64,000 bases of DNA, taken from assembly GCF_052425735.1 (NCBI RefSeq), contig NC_135771.1, positions 10,850,001 through 10,914,000 on the forward strand. The letters run 5' to 3'. Made by a program: the position numbers and the translations under genes. The notes beneath the pieces were generated by a model. It had not been told where the DNA came from, did not search any database, and saw only the letters and a list, made by a program, of their open reading frames with translations. The DNA comes from Oculina patagonica. Taxonomy: Eukaryota. Positions 50,874 to 64,000 of the stretch are shown one piece after another (position 1 is the first letter of the stretch; every line of letters starts with the position of its first letter).

Positions 50874-53171
50874 TTATTTATCCAGGGAGCTCACATCACC
50901 AAAGGTGTTATTCAGTGAGGCCCTGCAAAATAATAGTTCAAAATTAAAATTAAAAGATTAAAAAATAGTTAAAGAATTAAAAAAGTTACAAGATAAAAAA
51001 TGTATAGTATTAAAGTTCACAATAAAAGGCATAGGATTACTGTGTGAATTATCTGTATTTTTAAGTACTTTGTGGAATTTTTTTTAAATCGAAGTAAAAC
51101 TATTTCCAGAAGTTTGTGGAAGTTTAAATCTCGTTAGTGCCAAACGATAACAGGTCAAGTGAAATAAATAATTATTTTTGTGTAAATATTATATTTCATT
51201 CATTCTATGTTCTTTTGGCTCGTCACATCTTTCTCACACTTATCCTCCTCGCGTTTAGTGAGGTATAAGCATGGAAACTAACTTTGACATAAGGCATACT
51301 ACTAGTAGGCCGATCATGTCGGTTTTTTTGCCACTGCCTGCTTACCTTGGGTCTATATTTTACCTATAGGTGGAACGCACTCCCCTAATCTCTGATTACT
51401 ACTAGTAATATGTAATACATTTATGCTTACATGTCAGCTCGTGTTTGTTCCGCTGAGTTGGTTTTATTTTAGACTTATTTTGCTATGGATTTACTGATTA
51501 TCTATAGGTGTAAGTTGATTTTCATCGGCCGCGCGGCCGTATAGAGTCGATTTCTAATCCCTTGAAGTGATGTTCTGTCAGATGAGAGTTTATTTCTTTA
51601 TATTGCTGTGAGTTCATTTCGACTTTAAGCCGTAAATTCTCCCGGCAGAAGAAATTGTACAGTATAAGTGACGTTTTTCGAAGTGCTGAACGACGACAAA
51701 ACAGAAAGCTCGAGCAAAATTTATTTAGTTAAACTAAACTTGTTCTGAAAATCATGTTTACCCCATCTAGCTCGAGAGCGCGAACTGTGAATACAACCTG
51801 ACTTATATTTTTCTTAAAGTAGTTCAAACAATTTTTTGCTTTAGTGAAGTTCACTTTTCTGACTTTTACACTGAATGATTACACTGAATGAAGATGATTT
51901 AGTGTACGTTAAAATTTGTTTAAACTGTGCACACGGTAAGAAATAAAAAGCTAAAAAATGACCAACGATTTGATCAGTGTACCGATGTTTAATAAGACAA
52001 GAAAAGCAAGACGGGAATATTTGTGCACGAAATATATTGACGTCTCTTTTGTAGAAAGCAAAAAGATAAGAGGATCGCGAAACTATTTTCTATTCTTAGA
52101 AAGCAGAGAATTAACTCTTAAATAATTTTTAGGCCATGAGCTGTTCTGCCTCGAGATTATTATTTTTTTTGTACCGTATAAAAACATTCATTTTAACCAT
52201 GATCGATTTAAATTTGTCTTACACCAATGGGCCAGTGTATACATTTTAATGTATGGTTCAAATTAGTGCCACTGAAACTTTTATTTAAAAAAAAACAACC
52301 CAGCCACTAGTAGTTTATGCGCTGACTCAATTCTCGGTTGTCTTTTGACAGCTTGTATTGCTGTGCCGTTATTGAAAATTGAACATCGGCTGCAGGCAAA
52401 AAATTGATTGAAATGTATATTGCGTAGAAAACCGTTTTTTTTGACTGAATCTTTCAAGGTAGAGTGCTAAAATTGGCTTGTAAGCTATTTAGATTAGCTG
52501 AACACTGCTAAACCCAACTTTGTTATAATATTTGTTCCGTGAGTACTAGTTTTCTCCTCTCTCGAACCAAATTGTTAACTAAATATTCCATTACCCCCAC
52601 TGTTTTTGTTTCATGGGCCTTTAGTGTGAAAAATTAACATTGAAAACTGAACTAAACTCACTTAATTCTCATACGCAACTGTCGTGAGTGAAAAGCAATT
52701 GTTGTGTCTTATCACATAAAGATTTGAAAATAGCAAAAAAAAATGACGACAGAGTGGCTGTAAATGGAAAGAAAAGTTTTTTTTTTAAATGGGCAGGGAA
52801 TATTTCATGTAGGTCGCACTAAAAATTATATCTAAATTTATTCCATTTTTACAGTCAGACAACGGATTGTACATTGGCATGCATAAATATTCTTTCCAAT
52901 GTTTTCGGCAATTAAGTAGAAATAACAGAAAAACAATGAAAATCACAGAAACCAAGATCGGGGAAAAAATTTACCCAATCTTTAAAGTGAGTCAATATTT
53001 ATAAGATCGGCTCCTTATCTTCATAAAGAAGATGTTATGATTTTTTTTTTTATCGAGCAGCATCTTGTTATTCAAATTTTGCTTTAGTTCTGTATAAAGA
53101 CAAAGTCATTCCAACGTTTCTTTGCTCGAGAAAGTGGCGTTTGTTAAGGTGCTGGTGCAAAAGCACGTCAT

Positions 53172-53591
53172 CCAGGGGGGAAGAACTCGAAAAAGTTTTG
53201 TACGGGGAGGCTCCGCCCGAAGATCCAACCCCTTACCCTTTTATATACCATTTTGATAGAAAAGGTACCCCTTTTGTATACCTTTTATTGCAAAAAGGCA
53301 CCCCTTTCATATACGTACACGACATCACATTTACCTAAAACGGGAGTTTTCTTGTCATTTTTATGTAGCGCTTAATAAATTAAGACGATACATCCAAAAG
53401 TTGCATCTGCTCGAAATATTTAATGTAAAGGCCTTTTAAAATATCATTATGGAAGATTTCTCTACCCTTTCATATACCTAAATTTGTGAAATCCCTACCC
53501 TTTTATATACCTGGAGCCTGAAAAAGGTACCCCTTTCGGGCGGAGCCTCCCCGTATAGGCCATTATAGGGAGTACCCCCCCCCCCCCCCGG
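53172..53591. mobile_element. MITE with poly-G/poly-C ends and 8-9-bp TSD
   Basis: (G)CACGTCAT flanks both ends; inverted pair TACGGGGAGGCTCCGCCCGAA / TTCGGGCGGAGCCTCCCCGTA. Confidence 0.85.
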
Positions 53592-53628
53592 GCACGTCAT
53601 ACACAGAACTAACCATGCAAACCCTTAA

Positions 53629-53868
53629 GGTCTCCGCACGCGTGGGGACAAGACGCAGAGACAAGTCGCAGCAACAAATGGCAGGGGACGTTGAGAGGGG
53701 ACATGTAGCAGCAACAAAATAACAATGTGTGCACACACAAGAAAATGTAGCGGGGATATGTTCCAGGAACATGTCGCAGCGACCCGTCCTCTCGTGTGTG
53801 CTGATTGTTTTTGGCACGCGCATAATGAACTTTGAAGCTGTTTTGTCCCTGCGACGTGTTGGGAGACC
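53629..53868. mobile_element. Small TTAA-target element (Kolobok/piggyBac-like)
   Basis: TTAA|GGTCTCC ... GGAGACC|TTTA with internal inverted GTCGCAG motifs. Confidence 0.55.
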
Positions 53869-54378
53869 TTTACGTAGCACACTGATAGTACGCTTTGGTA
53901 ATGAAATGAATTTATTCGAGATAAGTTCTCACTGTTTTTTAGTTTCACATTAAGCAGCATCGGCTGGAAAATAGGAAACCTCCTAGATAAACGCCGTTTA
54001 GGATCGTTGCGTGTTCCTCCCCCGTGTTCTAGTGGGAAGAAAAATTGAGTAAAGATCCCTGCGTAGGATGTTTGCGTAGGACACTAGAAAAAGGTCCCTC
54101 TTCAAATATGGACCATGGTCATCGCATCCTTGCAGTAGAACGCTGAAATGAGGAGTATGTTTTAGTGAGAGGAAAAATTTAAGTTTAAGCGACTATTTGC
54201 AATTGTTTGAGCTAGTGGTGTTCGTAATTTGGCCTAACTGTGTTCTTATTTCGTCTGCCAAATTTAAATTTGGCCGAAAGCAAAAAGTGTGCATGATGAA
54301 AATGTATCTTGCATGCAGAACTTGTGTTGGCGACTGCATCTTTTGAAGTGGTAATAGCTGACGAGTTTAAATAAATAA

Positions 54379-57300
54379 CATATGTATTTTCTACTGGTAT
54401 GCAGTCAATACAGTTCATTAACAGGTTTTTGGTTATTTATTTCGCTGTGTATGACACGCCGCTTGGGCGTGTCCCTTGGGTATCTCTGATTGGTTTGATA
54501 AGGTATTTATAGACTGTTCAGAGTTGTTCAGTCCTCTCGCTTTCGCATTCCATGCTGACATTGAAGTTGTAAACCCGCCCGCCCGCCCGCCCGCCCGCCC
54601 GCCCATTTCGTTTTTGTTATCTTGTCTTATTGATTGCTTGTCAATTTTATACATGTTTTTTTGTCCGAACAGAATGTGTTGCAGGTGTTAGTTTTTATTT
54701 CAAACAGCGGACAGTGGGCTAAGGACTGCAGGTTCGGAAACTTTTGCAGACTGCAGTAAAACTAAAGTAGTTGAACTTCCCATTAATTACTGGAGCAGCG
54801 CCGCTTCCACTAAGCCCGCCGGCATCAGGAGCACGCAATGATGGGGCATCGAAATGATATTGGTAATGTCGATCTGTTTGACGAATTGAATGAGGTAACA
54901 CAAAAATCAGATATGAGCGTGAAGTTTCTACTAGACCAGGTGTGTTGCAAGTTATTAAAGGGCAGTCTGGGAAGAAATATTCATTTCTGTTATTTTTAGG
55001 CGCCTCAGAGATTATTGTATCAGTTGTTTTAGATGGTTTTCGTCTTCCTTTCAAGAAGATTCCCTCAGAAATTTTTCAAAAGCTATGTGTCATCTTTGCA
55101 TCATTCTGTATTTGTAGATAAGCTATTTAGTGCCTTTACATTTTACCGGGTTGGCAGAAGTTAAGGCTCCTTCTTATATGGTTTACCCTTTAGTGTTTCG
55201 AATTAACCCTATGGAAGAAGAGATAAACATTTTTATGAACAAGGATTTAGTGCGTAAACGGGAATATCACTTTGCCCTATTCTAAAAGGGAGTATTTATG
55301 GTTTTGTTTGGTCCAAGTGGCTATTACCTATCACCTATATAGCTATTCACACCCTGATCATCGCACATTTATATTGTTAGGTTTTCGCTTGCTTTTCGTT
55401 AGGTGACGCTTAGTTTAGGTGTTTTTCTGTTTACTTTATTTCCATTTGGGTTGGATCTTTATTCCATGCCTCAAGTCGCTCGAACTGAATATTGAAGGAT
55501 TTTAAGGGGGTCAACATTGTTCTATTCCTGGACGAGGAGAAGTTGATCCATATTGATTATTACTCTTGTGCAGTCTTAGATCCAGTTTACGGAAGTTCAG
55601 ATTTATTTTTTAGCTATGGCGGGAAGTTTTAGTGGACCCTTGTTAATTTTCGAATGGTATAGTATAGAACACTATCTATAGAACAATTCCTATTTCGGAT
55701 AGACGGTTATTTTTACTTCGCATTTCTGTATGTCTTCATAATTGTTTCAGAAAAAAGTTTATGGGGAATTGTTTAGCCTGGCTTGGGGGAAATTTGTTTC
55801 CATTGGTGTAGTATTTGAGGACATTTCCCGAATTATGACTAGTTATTACAACAAGGACATTGAGGCTGCGCAGGATTACGATTTCACTAGACGTTTACTT
55901 TGGCCCAATTTATTCTCTAAGAAAACATGTTGAGTATTGAAGTGGACTGGACAGGATGAATTTGAAAAGTCATTATGGATTGGCCCGTCTTATTGTATTG
56001 TTAGCTCAGATGCTAGTGCCACAGAATGTGGCGTCCATTTAGGTAACAGTGAACAAGTGCGCCATAATGATAACTGGGTGCATGTATACACGTTTGTGGT
56101 ATGACTTGTCTGGAAAAGTTTTTGTCATTTCAGCAAGGCTCTTATGTTAAGTTGGTTTTAGATGGTTGTTCGTTTGCAGAGTATTACATTCGAGTAGCAC
56201 GAAGTTGAAGTTTACATGTTATATAGCCCAAAATTTTCAGCTCCTATTGACAGCGGTGTCAAATTGTATGCTATGGTTTCCCGTACGGAGCTCGTTGTGA
56301 GGATTATAAAGTCGCATTATTTATACATAAATGGTTGACTAATTACAACTCATCATGTTTTCAAGCATTGAATATGGGTGGGAATCCCATATAGTGGTCT
56401 ACTTTGTCAGTTTGGCAACAACTAGGTATGTTTTCACTTTAGTTTTTGAAATCCATGCAGGACTTACGGAGTGGATTTATTAATTCACTAGGTATTCACT
56501 GCTCGTATACATGCGAGGCCATTACCACATTTATCGTCCTGTTCTGGACCTCGTCTCGTTTTTTCCTAAGCTTTCAGAATAATTGCTCGTTTTGCAATAG
56601 ATGGCAAGCTGTTTATAGTCTTTATAGCAAGAGTGTACTGGAACATCGGCGAAATACTGTTTTACTTCGAGCAGATTCTTTCATTTCAACATTGGAAGCT
56701 GTTTGTATAAAGTTTTCGCTGATTACAAGACCGCTGGGCCAGTTTCTATTTATGTTTGGTTAAGATTGATTGACGTTATCAGAAAGGAGGCGCTGGCCTG
56801 ACTTTGGGACGCTTGTCCATTCACTCATCAGAAGGAGGCGCTGGCCTGTTTTTTGGACGCTTGTCCATTCACTCACCAGCAAGGAGGCGCTGGCCTCATT
56901 TTGGGTCACTTGTCCGTTCACCTTTCAGAAAGGAGGCGCTGGCCTGATTTTGCAGAGCAATTTGTCTGCATTCAGCTTATGTTAATTTATTTCAGTTTAT
57001 GTGATCGCTCGCTTCCATGTAGGTTTATATGGATACAAATGCCTGTCACTTCTCTTTTTTCTTCATTATAGATGTTAACTATTCAAGGTTATCAGAGGAG
57101 CCCCCAGCTAGCAAGAAACCAAGCACGAAGGACGTCCTGAAGTTGTTTATGAAGGTTACTTCACAGCAAAAAGATATTAAAAAAAACTGAAAAAAAAATC
57201 GTCAAGTTCTTTATAAGATGCGGTATCTTGTCCTCATACTGTCTCAGTTTAGGTTGTATCGCTTTACAAGCCGCATGCGCATCTTACGTAGTTTCAAGTC

Positions 57301-58162
57301 TTATGCTGCTTTTATTTTGATTCATGTCCGCATTATCATTAATCATTTGGCCGGGTAGCTCAATTTGAAATAGTTTTTTAATAGCGGTTCAGCGTTTGTT
57401 AGGGTGTTTATCTCTGCTAATAAAATCATCGATAAGTATGCTGCTCCATCAACAAGCCTGAAGGACTTGCGCTTAGCTTGCATATGTTTGTTAGGTAGCG
57501 AAAGATTCTTCGAAATGATGTATTGAATAGTTTGTTACCTTAAGCTTAGCTTTTGGCATTTTGGCTGTTCATTCTAGTTATTTGTTCCTTACGTACATGT
57601 GGAAATCTACTGATGTTTACAGTGAAGGGACTAATGTTTAAATTAAGAGGTTAAAAACTTATGTAACTATATTATCTCGTCTCAACAACAGCCTAACATT
57701 ATTGGATCAATAAGTTTTTTGTGGTTTTTCAATACCGTCTAGCAGAATGGTACCAAGCTGTTATGCGCAAGATGTAGGGAGCTATTGAAGAACTGTAAAG
57801 GATCTTACTCTGAGTATTTTATTGTCATTGATAGCATAAGCTCGAAGAAGCTACATCCGTGGTTAGAAGTAGCGCCAATTTATCACAACGATTACTTTTA
57901 TTACATTGTACATATAATTATTTTGAAATAACTGCTCACCTTATCCTAACTGATTTAATAAGTATTTTGGCACTTCTATTTTTTCTGGTAGGCGTCAACA
58001 TTAGCTCTAAACGTTCCTTTTTCACTGTATGAAATGTATCAATAAATGTCAGCTTGGATTGCCTGAGCATCCAACCATCATTCCCTTGGTGTGTATTTTT
58101 TGCAGTATTGAAGAAGAAAATAATTTACGTTCGTTTGAGCGTAGCGAATTAGAACGTAAGTA
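54379..58162 (+). mobile_element. Decayed tyrosine-recombinase retrotransposon (DIRS/Ngaro type)
   Basis: Frameshifted remnants appear in the expected order. RT: GASEIIVSVVLDGFRLPF (~55.0 kb), FTLFPFGL (~55.43 kb), IVLFLDE (~55.52 kb). RNase H: SDASATECG (~56.0 kb). Methyltransferase-like: CEAITTFIVLFWTSSRFF (~56.5 kb). Recombinase: DLRLACICLLG..RFF (~57.46 kb) and KSTDVYSEG (~57.6 kb). Confidence 0.75.
56779..56950 (+). repeat. ~49-bp minisatellite, 3.5 copies
   Basis: Core AAGGAGGCGCTGGCCT occurs four times with similar intervening sequence. Confidence 0.9.
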
Positions 58163-58652
58163 CAACTTCAGTGGGAATAAATAACAATTTAAAATGGCAC
58201 TGAAGTAACTTGATTCTCACATAAAACATTCGTGAGTCGAATTTAATTGTTTAATGTTCACCTTAAGGCATGAGACAAAATGGCTCCACATTGAACAATA
58301 ACTGAAGCTTTTTTTGAGTATGGAGAGGGTGTTTCGCAACGACTGCCTGCTCATCCATAATTTTACAAGGTTTATAGCGTGTATCCGAGATAAGCTCTCA
58401 TCATTCATCTGGACAAAGCGTTTCTGCTCGGGTATTATTTCAAAGTTCCAGTTTAGGAAAGGTAAAAGCTTCTTTTATATCGTTTTAAGTCTAAGTTTTA
58501 ACAGTTAGACTTTGTTACAGGTTATAAATTGGTATAAACATTCCGTTTTTCAATATTTTCCATAATTTGCTAGAAAGGTAAACTGACTTGTGTTGGTGAC
58601 TGCATCTTTCGAAGTGGCAATAGCCAACGAGTGTAAATAAATAATGTGTTCA

Positions 58653-61600
58653 ACTTCAGTGAGAATAAATAACAACTTAAAACGGTACTGAAGTCACTTG
58701 ATTCTCACATAAAACTTGCGTGAGTCGAGTACAATATTGTTTACTGTTTACCTGAAGGCATGAGACAAAATGGCACCACATTGAACAATAACTGAAGCTT
58801 TTTAGCATGAAAAGGGAGTTTTTCCAGACGCTGCCGACTCATACATAATTTTACAAGGCTTATAGCTTGTACTGGAGATAAGCTCTCGTCATTCATCTGG
58901 ACAAAGCGTTTCTGCTGGGTCTCATTTTAACGTTTCACTTCAAGAAAGGTAAGGGCTTCTTTTAAATTGTATGAAGTCTTACTTTTAACAGTCGGAATAT
59001 GTTACAGGTTATTTATTGGTATAAACATTCTGGTGTTTTTAATTTTCTGTAATTTGCCAGTAAAGGTAAACTGGGACCTTTTAGAAGCTAGCATGAATAG
59101 CAGAATATAAAATAAGTCGATCTTTCAATGGATTTCAGTCAAAGTATCTTCTCCACATCTTTAAGGAGAAGATCGTCCATTTTTAGCCTCTCAATACAAA
59201 ACATGCAGAATTTTGGGGCGCATAAATCAAGAACAACGTGTCGTTCTAACAGCTACTAAAATATGTACAAATCTAGATGTGATTCTAATTTGTACCACTG
59301 AAATTTCTGGTAGATTCTACTTGCCTACTTGCATTTTATGCGCTGATTTTTGGATATCTTTCAACGGCTTTTCCCGCTATCAGTGAGTCGCAATTAAAAA
59401 TTGACTTGAGGCGAAAATTGATTGAAATGTATATTGCATGGAAACTCGTATCATTGAATCAGTGTTTAAGAGTCATAAAATAACCCATTGAAGCCATCTA
59501 AATAAGACTAAAAATGTTAAACCGACCTTTGTTGTCTTATCTTTATTTTTTGAAACAGCACCGTTTTACGCCATCTAAATAAGACTAAAAATGTTAAACC
59601 GACCTTTGTTGTCTTATCTTTATTTTTTGAAACAGCACCGTTTCACGACAAATAGGTAGCAAGAAGTATTGTGTGCGCACCCTTGATTTGAGTTGCTTCG
59701 ATCGCTTTACTGTGAATAAGTAAAGGCTAAAAAAATAACACAAGTCACCTTACCATATGCCCGGGCATATGCAACAAGCGTGAGAAGAGAACAATTGTTA
59801 ACTGTTTAGCTGAGGGTTTTCAAAAGACCAAAACATCAGGATAAAATCGGCTACATATAGAACAATGAAAATAATAAATACTTTGTAGATAAGGATAGCA
59901 AATATTAATTTTTATGCGGCTGTTCATCACTCCTTAATTCGTATTAAAGGACGATAGACTGAAATCTAAGTTTTCTTTTTGATACAGTGCATTGGCAAGC
60001 AGTCAGGCTGTGAGAATGGCGATATTTACTTGAAAGCTATGCAACGCAATTTTCAGCGGTAAACATTGGAAGGAATAGTGTGACTGAAATGAGTGATAAT
60101 AATAAATATGCAGATAGGGAGTCGTCCACAGACTGCCAACTCACCAATTAATTATACAAGGTTACAGCATTTGTGCGGAATAAGCTCTCACCAGTTATAA
60201 GATTAAATAGTTTTTTTTAAAGTTTCCGCAAAGGTACGAACTGCGGCTTACTTCAGTGAGAATAAATAACAACTTAAAACGGTACTGAAGTCACTTGATT
60301 CTCACATAAAACTTGCGTGAGTCGAGTACAATATTGTTTACTGTTCACCTGAAGGCATGAGACAAAATGGCACCACATTGAACAATAACTGAAGCTTTTT
60401 AGCATGAAAAGGGAGTTTTTCTAGACGCTGCCAACTCATACATAATTTTGCAAGGCTTATATAGCTTGTACTCGAGAAAAGCTCTCGTCATTCATCTGGA
60501 CAAAGCGTTTCTGCTGGGTCTCATTTTAACGTTTCACTTCAAGAAAGGTAAGGGCTTCTTTTAAATTGTATGAAGTCTCACTTTTTAACAGTCGGAATAT
60601 GTTACAGGTTATTTATTGGTATAAACATGCTGGTGTTTTTAATTTTCTGTAATTTGCCAGTAAAGGTAAACTGGGACCTTTTAGAAGCTAGCATGAATAG
60701 CAGAATATAAAATAAGTCGATCTTTCAGTGGATTTCAGTCAAAGTATCTTCTCCACATCTTTAAGGAGAAGATCGTCCATTTTTAGCCTCTCAATACAAA
60801 ACATGCAGAATTTTGGGGCGCATAAATCAAGAACAACGTGTCGTTCTAACAGCTACTAAAATATGTACAAATCTAGATGTGATTCTAATTTGTACCACTG
60901 AAATTTCTGGTAGATTCTACTTGCCTACTTGCATTTTATGCGCTGATTTTTGGATATCTTTCAACGGCTTTTCCCGCTATCAGTGAGTCGCAATTAAAAA
61001 TTGACTTGAGGCGAAAATTGATTGAAATGTATATTGCATGGAAACTCGTATCATTGAATCAGTGTTTAAGAGTCATAAAATAACCCATTGAAGCCATCTA
61101 AATAAGACTAAAAATGTTAAACCGACCTTTGTTGTCTTATCTTTATTTTTTGAAACAGCACCGTTTTACGCCATCTAAATAAGACTAAAAATGTTTAACC
61201 GACCTTTGTTGTCTTACATAGGCGTACGGGCCGGGGGGGGCAGGGGGGCTGCAGCCCCCCCCCCAAATTTTGGGCAACTCAGATTTTTTGGGCAGCAAGA
61301 GAAATTTGGGCAAAGCCAGTTTTTAAAGAAGTTTTTTTCTTCGAAGGGATAGATTATTCACACAAGACAGTGGTTGCTTAGCACCTGACGAGTTTCTGGT
61401 TAAAAGTGAAGGGGGTCATTTGTTGATATTCATATTTGTAAATTTTTACTGTTGGGCACTGTAATGCAAATATCTGTCACAGTTAAACACCTGATAAAGA
61501 AAGCTTCTCCGTGTTGCTAAATTTTACAAAATCGACGGCGAGATTCTGGAAGCAGAAAATGTGCCCAAGTTTTCGTCGTTTTCGCGGATTAGGCTACATG

Positions 61601-64000
61601 ACTGTTTCATAAATACTTTTTAAATTCTAGCGACAATGCAAGAGAATGATCTATTTGATAAGTTTCAGAGTTTTCTTACGTGGTTCATATCCATGCAGTG
61701 ATACCTGATACGTACATCGTGTTCTGCACAACGATCATTCAGTGCGTTTCACAGATTGAAAACTTACCTCTGCAGCACCTGATGGGACGACAACGTAAAA
61801 AAAACCCAAATGTTTCTCGTCCCCGCCTGCTTCATTTTTTGGGGCCGCCACTCTTTTTTTATTTTTTTTGTTTTTGGAAAAGTTAGAAAGAACAAAAACC
61901 AACCATGTTTACTTTCACTTTGTACGGAGTAAGACATGACTTTTGTCTGCGTTTTAATGCAAACTAAGGCCAAAACTTTAAATCCTCGTTACGCTAGGTC
62001 CGTACTGGATAGGTCAATTACCTTGCAGGATTTAATTATAAAGTTCGCTTCTGGCCAGGAGAATTTGACGATGGAGGAAAAAACCATCGATATTTGAACA
62101 ACACGGGTATGAAATGCAACAAAATAATAAATAATTAAAAAGAACAAAAAATATGCGCCGGCCCGCTCTCTTTTTTATAGAAATCCGGACGAAAAACATT
62201 TATTTATTATTACTTGTCATCGCATGGGCATATTCCAACTTTGTAGTCAACAATGACATGGATCGTATTGTTAATAACTTCAGCCGTCGAAATGGTAGAG
62301 TTATATGAGCTCATATGATAGATTCTTATGTAAGAATTTTTTTCACTTCATTTGTAAGACTATGTTAGTGCATCGTTTGACCCTCGTTTCTTCTCGACTG
62401 TTTCGTAAAAATTTGGGCAACAAGCGAAAATTTTTTGGGCAAATGTCTCGCCGCCCCCCCCTGGCAAAAAATTGCCCGTACGCCTATGTTGTCTTATCTT
62501 TATTTTTTGAAATAGCACCGTATCACGAAAATATGTAGCAAGAAGTATTGTGTGCGCACCCTTGATTTGAGTTGCTTCGATCGCTTTACTGTGAATAAGT
62601 AAAGGCTAAAAAAATAACACAAGTCACCTTACCATATGCCCGGGCATATGCAACAAGCGTGAGAAGAGAACAATTGTTAACTGTTTAGCTGAGGGTTTTT
62701 AAAAGACCAAAACATCAGGATAAAATCGGCTACATATAGAACAATGAAAATAATAAATACTTTGTAGATAAGGATAGCAAATATTAATTTTTATGTGGCT
62801 GTTCATCACTCCTTAATTCGTATTAAAGGACGATAGACTGAAATCTAAGTTTTCTTTTTGATACAGTGCATTGGCAAGCAGTCAGGCTGTGAGAATGGCG
62901 ATATTTACTTGAAAGCTATGCAACGCAATTTTCAGCGGTAAAAATTGGAAGGAATAGTGTGACTGAAATAAGTGATAATAATAAATATGCAGATAGGGAG
63001 TCGTCCACAGACTGCCAACTCACCAATTAATTATACAAGGTTACAGCATTTGTGCGGAATAAGCTCTCACCAGTTATAAGATTAAATAGTTTTTTTTTAA
63101 AGTTTCCGCAAAGGTACGAACTGCGGCTTACTTCAGTGAGAATAAATAACAACTTAAAACGGTACTGAAGTCACTTGATTCTCACATAAAACTTGCGTGA
63201 GTCGAGAACAATATTGTTTACTGTTCACCTGAAGGCATGAGACAAAATGGCACCACATTGAACAATAACTGAAGCTTTTTAGCATGAAAAGGGAGTTTTT
63301 CCAGACGCTGCCAACTCATACATAATTTTACAAGGCTTATATAGCTTGTACTGGAGAAAAGCTCTCGTCATTCATCTGGACAAAGCGTTTCTGCTGGGTC
63401 TCATTTTAACGTTTCACTTCAAGAAAGGTAAGGGCTTCTTTTAAATTGTATGAAGTCTTACTTTTTAACAGTCGGAATATGTTACAGGTTATTTATTGGT
63501 ATAAACATGCTGGTGTTTTTAATTTTCTGTAATTTGCCAGTAAAGGTAAACTGGGACCTTTTAGAAGCTAGCATGAATAGCAGAATATAAAATAAGTCGA
63601 TCTTTCAATGGATTTCAGTCAAAGTATCTTCTCCACATCTTTAAGGAGAAGATCGTCCATTTTTAGCCTCTCAATACAAAACATGCAGAATTTTGGGGCG
63701 CATAAATCAAGAACAACGTGTCGTTCTAACAGCTACTAAAATATGTACAAATCTAGATGTGATTCTAATTTGTACCACTGAAATTTCTGGTAGATTCTAC
63801 TTGCCTACTTGCATTTTATGCGCTGATTTTTGGATATCTTTCAACGGCTTTTCCCGCTATCAGTGAGTCGCAATTAAAAATTGACTTGAGGCGAAAATTG
63901 ATTGAAATGTATATTGCATGGAAACTCGTATCATTGAATCAGTGTTTAAGAGTCATAAAATAACCCATTGAAGCCATCTAAATAAGACTAAAAATGTTAA
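58653..64000 (+). repeat. Tandem ~1.6-kb repeat, at least 3 units (runs off the window)
   Basis: Units start ACTTCAGTGAGAATAAATAAC at ~58653, ~60250 and ~63130. Internal ~77-bp duplication at ~59493-59645. Confidence 0.95.
61217..62488. mobile_element. Non-autonomous hAT-like DNA transposon (1272 bp)
   Basis: 15-bp perfect TIR CATAGGCGTACGGGC / GCCCGTACGCCTATG; 8-bp TSD TTGTCTTA at 61209-61216 and 62489-62496; empty site in unit 1. Confidence 0.9.

Noticed and set aside
56779-56950. CRISPR-like repeat-spacer pattern
   Set aside because: The spacers resemble each other, there are no cas genes and the context is eukaryotic; this is a minisatellite.
58217-58408. Minus-strand ORF MNDESLS... in the B repeat
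   Set aside because: The frame is not preserved between B1 and the downstream copies.

Overview
Eukaryotic, AT-rich, repeat-dense genomic DNA. The SINE, MITE and protein motifs suggest a marine invertebrate, most likely a cnidarian or stony coral (inference). The main content, at ~0.8-48.9 kb, is a head-to-tail + strand cluster of 12 copies of a small secreted Cys-rich protein gene (167-171 aa; motifs W-x-K-L-N-x-x-P-V-C-F, WGC, LRLWYGEDL, GTSC-x-D-V-Y). Each complete unit has a non-coding exon 1, one 5'UTR intron and a single coding exon. Eight copies are near-identical (type I), one intact copy is divergent (type II), and three are broken: a 5'-disrupted copy, a deletion chimera and a promoterless copy with an in-frame TGA. 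The variants are segmental mosaics of hypervariable loops set between nucleotide-identical framework blocks. An ~11 kb non-coding block splits the cluster and holds a triplicated ~3 kb unit (tRNA-derived SINE plus a nested TA-TSD transposon). The right end holds MITEs, a decayed tyrosine-recombinase (DIRS/Ngaro-type) retrotransposon and a 1.6 kb tandem repeat carrying a hAT-like insertion. All alignments were done by eye; no database search was run.
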